Origin: Eutreptiella sp. 'Long Island Sound 2002'
Taxonomy: Eukaryota > Protista > Euglenida
Reading direction: 5' to 3'
Length of the DNA stretch: 64,000 nt
Assembly: GCA_964036045.1 (NCBI GenBank)
Contig: OZ038378.1
Location: forward strand, 8,680,001-8,744,000
The position numbers and the translations under genes were made by a program. This document shows, piece after piece, positions 10,590 through 24,283 of this stretch; position 1 is the stretch's first letter; each line of letters opens with the position of its first letter. Below the pieces are notes generated by a model that saw nothing but the letters and a program-made list of their open reading frames with translations, was not told where the DNA came from and made no database searches.

Positions 10590-13500
10590 AAAAAAAAAGA
10601 TTACACGAATTACAACATACACCACACACTTTCACACAGGCTGGTGCACCAAAAAGATGGTAGCCTTCTCCAGCACACATGTGTAGGATTACGGGTCCAC
10701 GGTGTGCTTTTCACCTTCACCGTTGACTGTCAACACCGCTGGCGGTAAACCGATGATATTTGCCAATTCACTGAAGGCGGTTTTCAAGGTTAAATGGTAG
10801 CTTTTGTGGATTCACCACGCTCAACGCCACTGTGTATTCACTACATTGATACACACATATCATGACCGAGTACGCCCACATTCACTACACCCCACTATCC
10901 GCAGAAGCTGTGGTCCATTCTTTGGCCCACATTCTTTGGCTCAGGCCAACTTGAAAGGTTCGCCAACACGCCCAAGCCCCGTCACGGAGACAGGCAGCAA
11001 TTCCAGCCGACCCTCCCCCCGCCCCATTCCATTAGGGTTAGGGTCACCGAGCTGGTGGAACCAGTCTTGGTTTTATAACCCTTTTTAGTGTCTAGGGTGG
11101 ACCTACCAGGTTTAGCAGCAGCAGCAGCAGTAGCAGCAGCAGCAGCAAGCAGCAAGCAGCAGCACGCGCGAAATGGGGAAAAATCAGAACTCCATTGTGG
11201 TGCTTCGGATTCGGGTGAAATTTTGGTGGATGATACCTATGGGTGTGAGGGACAACCACACAAAGTATGAGCCAGAAACTCAACGGTGGCGGCTGGGAAC
11301 GGGTGTCGCAAGTGGCGAACCTCAGTTTCCAAAACTGCAATTTAAGGCCAAAAACAGCCATTTTTGGGCCAAAACAGCCCTAGAACCCATTCAAAACGGC
11401 CAAACAAAGGGAAAATGTGGGTACACTCCATGTGCGGCTTGACTTTCCCATGTCAACGAGCCCTTTGCGGCCCTCTAACTGCACCATGTGTCCCGGAAAC
11501 AGCCCAAAAAGGCCCCCAGAAACCCCAAATTTTGTGCAGATTGGCCGGCGACAGCCACAAAACAAGAATAGGCCATATCTTTGGCTACATGGCTCGAAAC
11601 GCGATTCCGAGGGCACCTAGTCCACCCGCAACCCCCCACGTTTTGTGGTTTCCACGCCTCAGAATTGCCCAAACGGACGCCTAGACCCCCGTACCCAGGC
11701 CCAGTAGGCTGCGGCAAGCTGCAAGCTCAAGCCCAAACAGGTGGGTGCCCAAATGGGTCAATATGGTCCAATAGGGGCAGAAAAATGACTTTTCTCAAAA
11801 ATGATCCTAGACCATGTGTGATGCTAAAACAAGTGTTTTTGGACCGTTTTGAGCTTGTGGTGGCCCATTTTGGTCCTCCAAAAATCCCACAATGCCTTGA
11901 AGACGCGCTGTTTTGGGACCAAAAATGGGTCAAAAATGGGTCAAAAACGCATTTTTCCAAATCTCATCCTACACCATTTGGGGTGCACCAACGGGTGAAA
12001 TGAGCCCATTTTGAGGCCATTTTGGGGCATTTTGGCCCCTCAGAAGTCCGGAAAGCCTTGAAAGGGGGCCTCGTGGTGATGGGGTTCACTTGTAAGCTGA
12101 TTTCACTTTGTCAAGAGCCATCAATGTGTGAATCATTCTTGATGTCCCTCACCAGTCATAGCTGATGTTCCCTCCCCCACCAGCTCGGTCCCAATATTCA
12201 GTCTTGATTAGGGTTAACGAATTTCATCACAGGGGCCCAAAATTGGAAGCTGATTTGCGGTACACCCAATTGCTTTCGGCCTCTGCCCCCTCCCCCCCCC
12301 CGTGCAGTGACAAGCGGGTGTGTCAAGCAATGATTGCGTTCAGGGAGATTGCGCAAGCACCAGCATGCGTAGCCAAAAAAGAGAGATCAAGGTGATCACG
12401 GACCGGAGCGACCGGCCCTAGGCGCCTTTCACCAAGGTCAAAACAAAATAGACACTCGGAAACCCCCAGCCGGCCCCCGGGGGTTGGGGTTGTTTATGCC
12501 ACCAAGGAATGGCCTAGGCACTCTGTTGTGGGGCTTTTCAACCACAGATAGGCGCCCACCTGACACACATCACCCCTGTATGGCCACGTCATCCGGAGCG
12601 GTGGTCGTGGTAAATCCTAATCCTGAAACTCTGTGCCATTCTGAAGCTAAAACATAGATGAAAAAATGGTTTGCAGTCACCAAAGTTTGCCCCTAGTGAG
12701 AGTCTGTCGGCTGGTGGCTCTGAAAGATTTGTGCCTCAGGCTGGGGTGGTCCACTGCAGGCCCAAACACAACTGATACCCCCCCCCCCCCCCTCATCCTG
12801 TGGTCGTCAGCCATTCTCATACTTACCGGCCTTGCCTCCGCCTTCGTACCCTGCCTTTCCATGGCCTGCGTGGCAGATGTGCAGCAGGCTGTGCCACCCC
12901 ACGTCTGTCACGCACCGAGAGGCAGGCCGTGCACCTGGCCAAGTGACAGGAGAGGCTACTGCTGGTGGAGTCGTAGCTGCCGCTGTAGCCAAAGCTGCTG
13001 TTGAGGTTGTAGTCGGGCTCTGGGGCAGGAACACGAGCATGTGATTGCCCGGATGAGCACAGAGCACATGGGCAAGCACAGGGACGGAAGAAATGGGCGG
13101 AGGCGAAGGCTTTTGCGCTGCGTGCGGGCGTGACAGTCGTGGCAAACACGTGCGCGCAATGGGGACACTGCGCCCGGAATCCCAAAAATTCAAAGGAAAG
13201 GCGTGATTCGCGAGCGAAGGATTCGCAATTTTCGCCGCAGCACCGACATTTTGTCAGGGCAGCCCAGAGCAAGGGGAAGCAGGAAGGAAAACGAAGACCA
13301 AGCCGCTAAAGCCCAAAATGAGAAGCTCAGGGTGATTGAAATGAGACTGGCTGGGGATGGATGCACAGATGGCTGATGCACAGTGAAGAATTTGAAGAAT
13401 TCAGCATCGTTCTTCTCCGGTTTAGCTAACCATGGACAGAAGTTCCCCCTTCCCCTTTCCGGCCCCCTGCGCATGCACTGGCTGTGCACCGCGCCTTCCG

Positions 13501-13964
13501 CCCACCACCGGGAGATGGCCTGCCGGCCGTCTCTGCCCCATCGAAGAGATGCCCGACCCTGCGCCCCCTGTCACTCGTGGTGCCCAAATATGAAGGGAAA
13601 AAAACAAGCACCGTCTACAAAGCACAAATCACCATTGTTCTGCAAACGACCACGTTATGAAATTGAAAAGGTGCTCGCCAGGGCTCCTTTTAAGGCGGCG
13701 GCGCCGGGGGGGGGGGGGGGTTGGTTCGTGTTTTTAGAGGTGCCCAAAGGCATTTTTGGTGAAATCATGAGAGCCAACATGGAAAAAAAAGATCACCAGC
13801 AAACAATAATTGCCATACTGAATCGACGATTGGGGGTTCCAAGTCTTTCTCGAAAATCTCTAAAGGCAAAAAGGCCGCAGCTTTCGCCATGGCATGCAAT
13901 GGCACCTCCCCAAAGGGATGTGAGTACAAAGCAGGCAACTACATGGATCAACTGCGCAAAAGCA

Positions 13965-14095
13965 AAATTTGGCCCAATCTTTTGGGGGGAGAGGGGGGGG
14001 GGGATGGGTCTGGGGCGGGGTGGGGTGGTGGTGTGGGACCCGGGGATCGCCCCCCCCCTTGGGTTGCTGAGTTGTTAAAAGGTGCCCTGGTCCCC
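13965..14095. repeat. Second copy of the G/C-run interspersed repeat
   Basis: Matches the layout at 5040-5150. Confidence 0.55.
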
Positions 14096-15419
14096 GCACA
14101 TGCACACCTGTGGCCACGTTGCTCGGACCAGGTCTTTCAATGCCTTTGCCGTTGCATTTTGCTTGGGACCTTGGGTCCTTTGCTCCTTGTTCGTAGGCCT
14201 CCTGCCGGCATTTGCCTTCTTCCATTCTTGCAGCCACTCTGCCGCTTGTTGCTCTGGGGACTGCACGTGCTGTGACATGCGCAAGGCTTTTGCCATCAGT
14301 GGTGGGAGGTGGGGCAGAGCAGCAAGGGGGGCAGCAGGGGGGTGCAGAAGCACCGGTGGCCAAAAGGCTTATCACTGGGACATATCAGGTGATGAACTGA
14401 GACCACTGATGCACCAAATCACCCACATGCCACACTCCATTCCATACCATTGCCTGCACAGGGCAGTGGAATGCCTTCATGTGGCGTGTACAAACATGGT
14501 CTGCCTCGTCTGGCCTATCAACGTCTGAAAATGTTAGTATTCCAAGGGGGTGGGGTGCCATCAAACGGGTATGAACACCCGGCATTGGGAACTGCATTTG
14601 TTCCAGTTTTGTGGAGGACATTCCCTGGACAGCGGATGGCTGATGTTGTGTGACAAATCACAGTGACTGCTTGCAATACGTCCATGCCCGATCTTTGCTG
14701 TGCTGACATGGCCAACAGGCATACATTTTGGTGCTCCGATGTTGCCTTGTATCAGCTTGTGTTTCTGACGAGGGCCTGTGGGCAAGGCTATGGCACCGCC
14801 GCAGTGTGCAGTGTGCAGAACGCATAGTATGCAGAGTGCACAGAACACAGAGTATGCAGAATGTGCAGTGTGCACAGTGTACAGTGCGCAGTGTGTAGAG
14901 TGTGTCATACACTGCACACTTTTAGGGTGTAAGGTGGATCAGCCACAAAAATATGGTGACTACAGGGCAATTTGCTTTGACAGTGCATAGCTTTCGCAAG
15001 GCGGAGGCTGGACAGAGGCCAGAATCGATTCACTGAAATGCTCGAGTTCGTTCGGAATGGGCCATTGGTTGTCTTCCGAGCAACTAAGACTGAGCTTGCG
15101 CTGTCTCGTTGCCAAATGTTGCAGTGGGCCTGCCCTGACGGGCTGGCGATCTCCACATGTACAGCTGTGCGTGTGTGGGTGCGTGCGTGTGCATCATCTC
15201 CCCGCCTTACTAAACAGGGAGGGTCGGCACTAATTCTAGGGCTCGGAAAACTCTGTGAAAGAGAAGGGCTGAGTTTGCCGGACTGGGATCTCTGGCCTCT
15301 GACCAGGAACATTCGATGGCCCTGCAGCGCCGAACAATGAACTTGTGGGTTGCATCGGTGGTGGGAATGTAGGTTTGTTGAACCTCGCAGTTGGCGCATG
15401 ATTGCAATTGATACCTTGG

Positions 15420-15428
15420 CACACACGC

Positions 15429-15499
<71 letters not shown>

Positions 15500-15516
15500 A
15501 ACACACACACACACAC
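15420..15516. repeat. (CA)n microsatellite
   Basis: Directly visible. Confidence 0.98.
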
Positions 15517-16599
15517 AAGATCTAACATTGATTTCCGGCAGGGCCACTGAGTTTCGTTGGGAATCAGCCCTGCGCCATGTGCCACTCAGTCGTACCCGCT
15601 CTGCTCTCACCCAGAACTTGGTAAGAAACAGCCGCAGCCCGCGCAATTAGTACGGCCACGGTCTTTGTGATTATGTCCGAGCTGACGGACGCTGGCGGAC
15701 ACCCACACGCCGCTTCAAGCGCATGCCCCCAACCCCCCCTCCACAGACCATGCCACGCTCAGCCAACACACTGCGTCACTCAACAATTTGGCTCAGGAAT
15801 CTGATGGTCCAGGGAATGATGATATGCCAAACCTCTGCCGGCGGTGGCAGCGGAGTGGACGCCGCGAGGAAAGTGTTGCTGCACTGGTGCCCAGTGGGAC
15901 CGACATTCCCCTCTCACCCACAGAGTTGCGGCTCCCCCAAACCACAGCCTCGCCTGCGGCAGAGGCTGCACCTTCAGCGGATGTGTCGCAAGTAGGGGTA
16001 TGGCACCGACACTATTTCGGTGCCAGATAGTGTCACCATCAGAGGCCAGTTATGTTTCTGGAGGCTTCCCAATTGGGCGGAGTAAACCTGGACTCACATG
16101 CGGTTGTCTGCCCTGTTTGCAGCACGCCATGGCACCATAAAGATCAAAACCAGCAAAGATCTCCCACTCGAGGGACGTACTTTGTTCTTGTCTAAGGGAC
16201 ACGCCCTGTGGGGACCGTACTGACTTGGGACCCGGGCCTGGTCGAGATGAGGGGTGTGCTCTGTGTGTGCGCAAAGCTGGTGTGCACGCGTGTCTGCATG
16301 TCGGCCCGTCTGTTTGGTCGTCAAGTGGGTGACGGTGTATTGCAAGTGTGCGTCTGCAAATGCGGGTGGGGGAGCGTTGCGCTTTGCTGAGGCAGGGGCC
16401 TTCTCATTGACGTGGCATCGATCTACAGGACCGGGGTCGCCTTTGTTTCGTTGTCGCCTTTTGTACTGCACAGCCAAACGAACCAGCGTGTTTTTTGGGA
16501 AGAGCCCCCTGGGGATGCGCCTGCGGGGGCAGGAGGCTGAAAGAGGGTTTCAGAGGCGGGTGCCAAAGGTTGCAAGCGGTTGGGGGGCAAGGCCTGGGG

Positions 16600-17010
16600 G
16601 TTACAAAAATGGTGTGGGCCGTTGGGGGCGGACAGGGACAGTTTGGGCTCAAGGCGGAAGGGAGGAGGGGGTCCGCGTCATCGGGGCGGGCACGCCACAC
16701 CTTGCGCGTCAGGAGCGGCCACCCTGCGGCGTTTGCCATGCGCTGCTGCAGGCGTAGCACCAGCCGCAGCCCGTGATGCAGCCCCCGGTCGAACAGCAGC
16801 CAGTTCAGGTTCGCGACCGTGACGCCGCACTGCAGTGCCATGAAGGCCTCGCACGGCTTGATCAGCACCAGCGGCAGGCCGCTCTCGCCGGGGTCGCCCC
16901 ACCCCTCGGTCGTGGTGTCCACGCACACCACGTCCGCGTTGGGCGGCACGAGATGGCCCAGGGTCTTTGCTGCGCGGACGTCCGCCACGACCTGCACGAA
17001 TGAGAGCAGG
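16600..17010 (-). CDS. Probable exon of the FCP1-like gene (BRCT-like region)
   Basis: ORF 16404..17120 contains VADVR (FCP1/CPL DVR-like) and EAFMALQCGVTVANLNWLL, resembling the BRCT A..GI.IV...WL signature. It is co-oriented with and downstream of the FCPH exon. Boundaries are approximate. Confidence 0.45.
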
Positions 17011-17604
17011 TCACTGGGGTGGGGGGGGGGGGGGGTGGCCATCAAGGCGGAGTGAGTATGCCGACTGGCGCTTCTGGGTGTACGTACGTGTTCGCCGTTT
17101 GAGGAGGGGATCCTCCACACGTGGATAAGTGGTGGTTGTCCTTAGGGATGAAGAGGGCGGGTTCAAAAAACCGCAGGAGGTCGGGAGCCCGCTCAGAATG
17201 CCACGGTGACTGTTGTCCCCATTTCGGGAAGGGGGGGGGGGGGGGCACCGCAAAGGTGCAGTAGTTTTCACACTTGGTCCTCCCGGTTCAGCGCAATCGG
17301 TTGAGTTTTGTGGAGGCATGCCTCTGGGAGGGTGCCTCTAGGGGAGTGCATAGGGCATTGGAGGAGAGAGACAAGGTGTGCGACATGTACCATGGGGAAA
17401 TTTTGTTTCGCTGTTCTGGTCCCGAAAAGGCTTGGCAGGGACACTGCACAAAGCGAAGAGAAGGGGTTACAGCCCTCGCTGTGGCAAACGCTGGTTTTGG
17501 ATCGAGGCTGATGGTGTAGTAGCGGAGTATCAGCCCATCATGCAGCCGATGCAACCCATCTTCAAAGGGATACCTTGCATGTATCCATGGGAAGCAGCAA
17601 TGAA

Positions 17605-17680
17605 AGAAGGAAGGAAGGAAGGAAAGAGGGAGGGAAGGAAGGGAAGGAAGGGAAGGAAGGGAAGGAAGGGAAGGAGGGAA
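17605..17680. repeat. (GGAA)/(AAGGG)n microsatellite
   Basis: Directly visible. Confidence 0.9.
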
Positions 17681-17844
17681 AAGAACGAAGGGCATGCAAT
17701 CCGAAGTATCCCTTCAAGCGCAGGTTTGGTTGGGGGGTCATTTGGGGGTCATTCGGGGGTCATTTTCGGGTCATTTGGGGACTTCCAAAACTCAGGAGAT
17801 GGGGGTAAGGGGGACGGGGGAGGATGGCTGCTCAGAAGAGGAAC

Positions 17845-18093
17845 CTTCACGCGGTGTCTGAACACTTTGTCGTACGGGTCGATGATCTGCAGCACCGCCT
17901 TCACGAATTCCGTGTCCTCACAGTGCGTGTACAGGTACACAGAGCAGTTGCAGCTCACCAGCTCCTTGAAAAAGAGGTCGAGGCCTGGACGTGGGAGGAC
18001 AAAATACGTGCCGAAGCGGGTGGTGATTTTTCGGGCGCCCATGCCCACCATCCGCTCTGCACTGGGGTCCATGGTGGTGGCGATCAGCAGTTC
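17845..18093 (-). CDS. Exon encoding an FCP1/NIF-like HAD phosphatase homology domain
   Basis: ELLIATT..YFVLPRPGLDLFFKEL..VYLYT..AVLQIIDPYDKVFRHRV matches the FCP1/SCP pattern RPG.D.FL..L..Y.YT....I..IIDP...F..R. Bounded by an AG acceptor (18094) and a GT donor (17844), both phase 0. Confidence 0.75.
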
Positions 18094-21000
18094 CTGAATT
18101 CAATTGGGAGCGGCGTTTAGTGAAGCATTTTGGTCAGAGGGAGGATGGGAAGGGGGGGTGAGGGAGGGGAGGTGAATCATCAAAAATGCCGAGCGTTGAT
18201 GATGACGTCGATGGTGCGGAGTCCGATGCGGCCCCTGCACCGGTGCTTGCAGGTGGCGCCGGACTTCGCAAAAACGGGAGATGGCAAACGCCGCCGCAAC
18301 GACGATGAACAACCCGGCGGTGGAAGCGCGAAAATCGCTGAAAATGGTGCAAAAAGGCGACGACTTCAGGACACCCGCTCAATCCCAATGCCAACCACCA
18401 AAAACACCCAGCATTTCTTGTCCCTGGTGCACCGGCAGTTCCACCAGTAGGCCCCAGCAGCAGCTCTTCTACCCCAACATCGAGTGCCTCCACTGCCAGG
18501 TTCCCTCAAGATGCCTATGTCCAGGCGTTTGCTAGGTTTCTTGTGAGTGCCGAGATTTTGTGCCCCGGTGTGTTCTCATGTTTTTCCGGTTCAATGCACT
18601 TAGACTGCGTTTTGTGGAGGCTTGTCGTGTGTGGGGGGGGCTGGAGCTGTGCAGTATCGGGGGTGAGAGAGGAATGCTATTCCATGCCTCAGCGCTGCAG
18701 CAAACTGCCTGCGTAGCGTCCACTCCCCTGCTGGTGCCGACATGTTTCACATGTGGCAGTTCCCGTGAGATTTGGAGGGTGCTCCCCACCACATCTGATG
18801 CGGGAAATTGCAACACAGGGAGAGGGTTCCGGATCACCCAGTGCTCCCAAAGGGCTTGTCCCACCGCTGGCCCACGGTCGCGCCATTACTGCCCCCGTGG
18901 CGTCTAGTCCCATGCCAACTCATGCAGTCATTCGTGAGGTTTGGAGGGTGCTCCCTAAGCGACCCTCAGTTTCCTGGGACCAGAGGCTTGTTGGCGAAGG
19001 GCTTTGGTATGTCAAAGGACGTCCTGTGGAGACCCAGCTCACGCTGCATTGAAATCTGCGCGTAACATGACCAATTTCATGCTACCACAGCGATGCGGCC
19101 CTAAACCAGCTGCCCCTGGCCCGTGGCCTATGACCAGAGGCGCCAAGGGCACCAACGCCCCATGGGACCACTGCAGAAAGCAACACGTTGCCAGTGACTT
19201 GAGCAGCACATGGCTTCTGCACAGGTACTCAGATGCCAGTGTGCTGCATTCAATTAGCAGCTTCTGTACTGCCTTCATTTTACTAGCCAAGAGCTGCTGT
19301 GTGCAGCAGCCATTTGCTGGGTTGCTCAATGGCAGCAGCGTTTTGATGATGAGGTCAATGGCCAAGTGCGGCTCAGTGCAGTGACCATTCGCTGATTTGT
19401 TCACAGGCCAAGTGCTGCTTGTCGACTAAATGCAGGGCACAGCCCATCAATTGAATGGGGTATGCAGCCTACAATTTGGAAGCTGCCACAATGCAAACAA
19501 ACGAAGCAGATGGCTGCAAAACGAAACTAGCACACACTGAACTACAAAATGAAAACTGCTCTTGTGCTCGGCTGAACCTCTGGTGCTCGCATCTCAGCAC
19601 GGCGTTGGGCTTCAGTGTGCTTTTGCGCTCGCATGAGCGACTAGTTGCATCCCACACTTGCTGAGTGCATACCTGCTGCCAATTGTATGCAGTACACTGA
19701 TTGGCAAAAAACCAACGCAATACTGAGGCTGCAAATTAATCATAGCACACAGGCCACCAATTATGAGCATCACCCAAGCTGCTAAACCAACATAGCACAC
19801 ATGTGGCCATTTGAGTGCAGAACACTATACAGCTACTTGAATGCACCGCACAGGCTGCGAATTAAATACCACACCCAGGTAGCCAACTAAAGGCAACACA
19901 CAGCTACTTGAATGCCACACACGGTTACTACACAAATTCAGCACCTAGGCTGCCAATCGAGTACAATGCACACAGGCTACACTCGGGCGTAGCACACATA
20001 CTGCCAACTTGAGTGCCGCATTTTGGCTGCCAGAGGACTGTAGCACCCAGGCTGCTAGTTGAGTGTGGCACACAATGGTATGTAACACATACAAATGGCA
20101 ATGAATGCACACTGCACATGGCCAGTAGCGAAAGAGGGCAACGACTGCGCAGGGGGACCGGCAGAACGATTGCCAGCGCATATCTGCGCATCCCCCATGA
20201 CACCACGACACCGCAGCAGCCGACAGAAAAACCACAAGCACTTCCTGCGACCGCATGACCCAGGGTTCTACTGCACATGCCGCTGTGCACCGCTGTGGGC
20301 TGAGGGGTTGGGGGGGGGGGGTTTCCGCACAGCGCGCACACAGCGCCCGTTACCAGGGCGACCGCACCAGATTCACCCCTAAACCACAAACCCCTGAAAA
20401 CACCACATGCAAGGGCCAAACGCTCCGGACCTGTGTGGTCCATACTCGCCAAAACCTCCTGATGGCTTTCACCCGACTCCATCACACCGTTCTCTTGCAA
20501 TTGTCCCTCTCCCATAGATACAAAGTCACACGGGCAAGGTACTGGACAGAAGGGCCAAAATTACGCACAGCGCACGGTGTGCCCCCTCAAGTACCATGTT
20601 GTCGTCTTCTCAGACAGGATACCCGTGCTTCAACAATGGTGTGCGGGCTTGCAATGTGGGGGAGTGGGGATTGACAGGGCCCCCTGGTCCGACTGCCCCC
20701 CCCCCCAAAAAAAGGCTCAACTGATGGGGGCGCTAGAACCCAACCGGAACCGTCCCTCAGGGCTCGGAGGTCGTTCGGATCCCCAAATTCGAAAAAATTG
20801 AAAATTGCATTTTGGGGATCAGTGCGTCGGGCGGGTCCAGAAAAGTCAGCATGGGCCTTGTGCTGTGCAAAAAGAATTAACCACTGAAACCCCTGAAACC
20901 TGAAACCACTGAAAAAATTTCAGGGGCCTTCAGCTGGTGACTGATCAATGACGTGGTCAACTGAGCCCCTTTCGAGACGCCCCTTCCTCCTTCAGGGGCT

Positions 21001-21285
21001 CTGGGCTCCCCCCCCCCCAACCGCATTGAAAACCCCACTTCCCTAAGGTGCCCGTGCACGTGGGCAACACGGGTCATCCTGGTTTCTCCTTTGAGGAGGC
21101 TGGGGTTGCGCAGGTGCAGGTTCGGGGAGAAGGGAGGTAGCTGCAGGTCGTTGGTGGTTCAACCGCAGAAACGGCTGACGGGCAAAATTGGGCCATCAAT
21201 CGCCCGCACATGCCCCCCTGATTGTCTCACCTCCTTCCGTGTGCCTTCCGTGTGGTTGCATTGTGCGCGTAGCGAGCACACTGAC

Positions 21286-21516
21286 CTGCAGCTCGAGCAC
21301 CACTACAAAGGGCTTCTGGGGGGCCTCCAGGATGCGTCGCAGCTGGATAAGGTGTGCCAGGGTCAACTGGTTCGCGTGTACGAGCTGCGTCAACGGAGAG
21401 GGCGGGAGGGCAGCAGGGCGTATAGAGTGGAAACGCAGCAGGGCATACGGGGCAGCAGCATAGAGCAGCACTTCAGCAGGGCACACAAGAGGGAAGGGGC
21501 ATGAATGATGCACCAT
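21286..21516 (-). CDS. Probable upstream exon of the FCP1-like gene
   Basis: Ends ...ILEAPQKPFVVVLELQ at a phase-0 GTCAGT donor (21285). Splicing to 18093 gives VVVLELQELLIATT, aligning with FCP1 LVLDLDETLIHT. The 5' boundary is uncertain. Confidence 0.55.
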
Positions 21517-24180
21517 GCGCCGAAGTACCAGCGACTGTCACTTCACTGACCCAAACGTGCGCCTGGAGCCAACTGGGTACCGCTGTAGGGGGCTAGGTAC
21601 CCGTTTGGGAAATTCCCAGGGGGTGGGAACCGCACAAAATGTGGACTAGGGTGCCCTCGGAATCAGTTTTGAGTCACGTAGCCCAAGCTGCTTTGACATG
21701 AGCAAGGCAAGTCGGTTGTAGCGCATGGCATGTCTTTCTTGTCATTTGGTCCACAGTTTGGTCCACAGGACCGAAAGAAGTGTTTTTTGACCATTTCCAA
21801 CCGTTGTGACCTGTTTTGGCCAATCAAACCCGAGCCACACCCTTCAATCATCCTCGAAGGCCATTTCCGGCTTGTGTGCTTGTGGAGCGACACCACAAGC
21901 GTGGTTCGGAACGTGGTGGTCGGGCCCGCTTTCGGCAGTTCCAGCAGCTGCGCAAACTGCGAACCGTGCCAACCGTTGCCATAACAACCGCAAACAGACA
22001 GGCGGAATGCGTGTGCAAAGCATCATACGCCGTGCGGCAGTACCAGTGGCACTTCCAGCGGCACCGACAGTGGTGATGCCTCTGCGGGGATGCTGTGACG
22101 CATGGGAGCAGTCGGACTCAGGCTCAGAGAGCGCCCAGCAAAGCGCAACGGCACAAGCACAATACATGCGCTGGCTGGACTTAGCAGAAGGGCGGACGGT
22201 GCACAAAGCGCGTGCGGGGGGTGGGTAAGGGCACCTGTACTCTCCCCTTCAGCGCCCGCAGGATTTCGTACTGAGCCCACTTTCCATAGCCTCCGGCTTC
22301 TGGACAGCCATCTAGGGCCGTTTCCAGGACCGTGGGGGGGAACTTCTTGGTGTCGGGCCAGGTCCTGGCCGCGCGGAACGACTGTTCTACAAATCTGCAG
22401 TACGCCGTGATCCGGCGAACCTCCTCTGCTTCCAAGGTCCGATGCTCCGATGTGACCGTCGCCATCGCACGTCGAAGTTGATGAACGTCCATGAACGGAC
22501 TGCAGAAGGGTGCAGGAGGCTGAGCAAGGGGTCCCCCCGCCCCTCCAGCCACCCACCCACCCACCTGAATGTGAGGCATTGCTGGCGCTGGCGTCGGAGG
22601 GACGCCGAGGGGCAGAAGCAGCGCTTGTGAGCAGAGGGGCAACCGTCCCACTCTCACATAATAAAAATACTTTTCCCCAGCGGCTTGGAAAGAGAAATGT
22701 AAACAATCGATTTCGAAAAACTCAAACCAGTGCGTACACCGGAGGTTTCAACCGGCACACGCCTTTGTGGTAAAAGCCCCCCTCACCCACCCATTCACAA
22801 GCTGATTGTCAATTTTACCATGCCCCTGAGAATTCTTCCTCCCATGTCTGTCCCTTGGCACCTCTACCTGTACCCCCCCCAGCCTCCACTGCTCCCCTTC
22901 CCTCTTCGTCGTGCCGGTTAGTGTCACTTCAACTCAATGCACAATACGGCATGGCTCCTGACCATCGCAGCGAGGACTTGCGGCGATACAGGCTCCCCTA
23001 CTACACACAGCTCTTTGGATCTGCCGGGAAGGGCCCCTGTCGTGGGCCAAGCTCTTGGATATGCATCCTTCCCTGTATGTAAGGCCAGACAAAAGAAAAA
23101 AAGAACGGAAGCTGCGCAGGCAGTGCTGGACTGAGTCAGGATTGAATTAACACTTTGAACCCACTTTGGGAAACTGGGCGGCGCAGGGGATCATGGGGGT
23201 GTGCTGCACGTGAATCTGTGCCAGGCCTATAGATGTAACCATACCCTGGTCAAACGGCACATTTTGTGACACTGCCATTGTATCCAATGGGCTTGGACAA
23301 CGACCACCTCCCAATCAAACAACTCTACAGTAGGCGAGTCCTCAGGGAGGGTGCTGAAACGCACTGCACCGCGCGCGTCAGAGGATGCAACGCTTTAGTG
23401 CAATGTACACCCTTTTGGAAGGTAGGCAGGGACGCGGAGAAAATACATTGAAATGGGAAACCTTTCAGCATGCATCATCACCACTTCCCCCCAGATAAGG
23501 CCCCCAAAGCGTGTTTTACCCATACACACCAATAGCATCACACAACCATTGCAGACAGTGCACACTAGCCACGTTTCAGCAACTTTTAGTGTGAGCATAT
23601 ATTGTGCGTGCCTGGCTGACATCGCACCGCACGCCGCACCGCGCGGTAAGCACCATCAAGGGGGGTTTGCCTAGTGCGTGCCTGGCGCGCTACTTTTGTA
23701 TTAACTATCCCGACTTTAACCCCGGATTTACCCTCCCGTAGAGGAGCCCCCCAAGTTGACCAGAGTGGACCGCAAACCTTCTCTACAAAGCACGCTGGAT
23801 AAATGGAGAATTTCAACATCAATGTGTATTACTCATGTATTGGCTAATAGACAATTTGTTCCCCACAAGTGTGGGCATCAAAACATTCATCACAATAATG
23901 CTCCTAGCACTCACCACAACCTGTGATGGTGGAGCGCTTGTGACAACACAAGGCACACACATCATCTTGCCGGGCGGCCGAGTTGCTTTTATCAGTCCAA
24001 ACATGAGGCGGGACATGGTCCCATGGTCCATAAGGAGGATGACGAACCTGCCTCTAAATACAAAATTGCGTGAAATGCAACAAAACACGCACAGACTAGT
24101 GCAACTCAATAGGGCCGCCACGCTAGATGTTCCTAACCAAACCCCATTGCCACGGCTGTCGAAATAAATGCGCAACGTGA

Positions 24181-24283
24181 AACTAGAAAGGGGCTGGTCC
24201 ATATCCCCAACTGGAAAGGGGCCAGTCCATATCCCCAACCAGAAAGGGGCCAATCCATATCCTCAACTAGAAATGGGCCATGC
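24181..24283 (+). repeat. 28-bp tandem repeat, ~3.5 copies
   Basis: AAC(T/C)(A/G)GAAAGGGGC..TCCATATCC(C/T)C units at 24181, 24209, 24237 and 24265. Confidence 0.9.

Noticed and set aside
11200-12110. Probable high-copy non-autonomous repeat
   Set aside because: Only one copy in the window, and no ends or TSD could be defined.
12823-14353. Cys-rich ORF 12823..13272 and LQEWKK..GRRPT exon-like segment (Sld2/RecQL4-like N-terminus)
   Set aside because: They look coding but the resemblance is short, and both strands have plausible frames; no supportable product call.
15210-15650. VC/HT-repeat ORFs (also 54748-55110, 60155-60465)
   Set aside because: Translations of (CA)n microsatellites.
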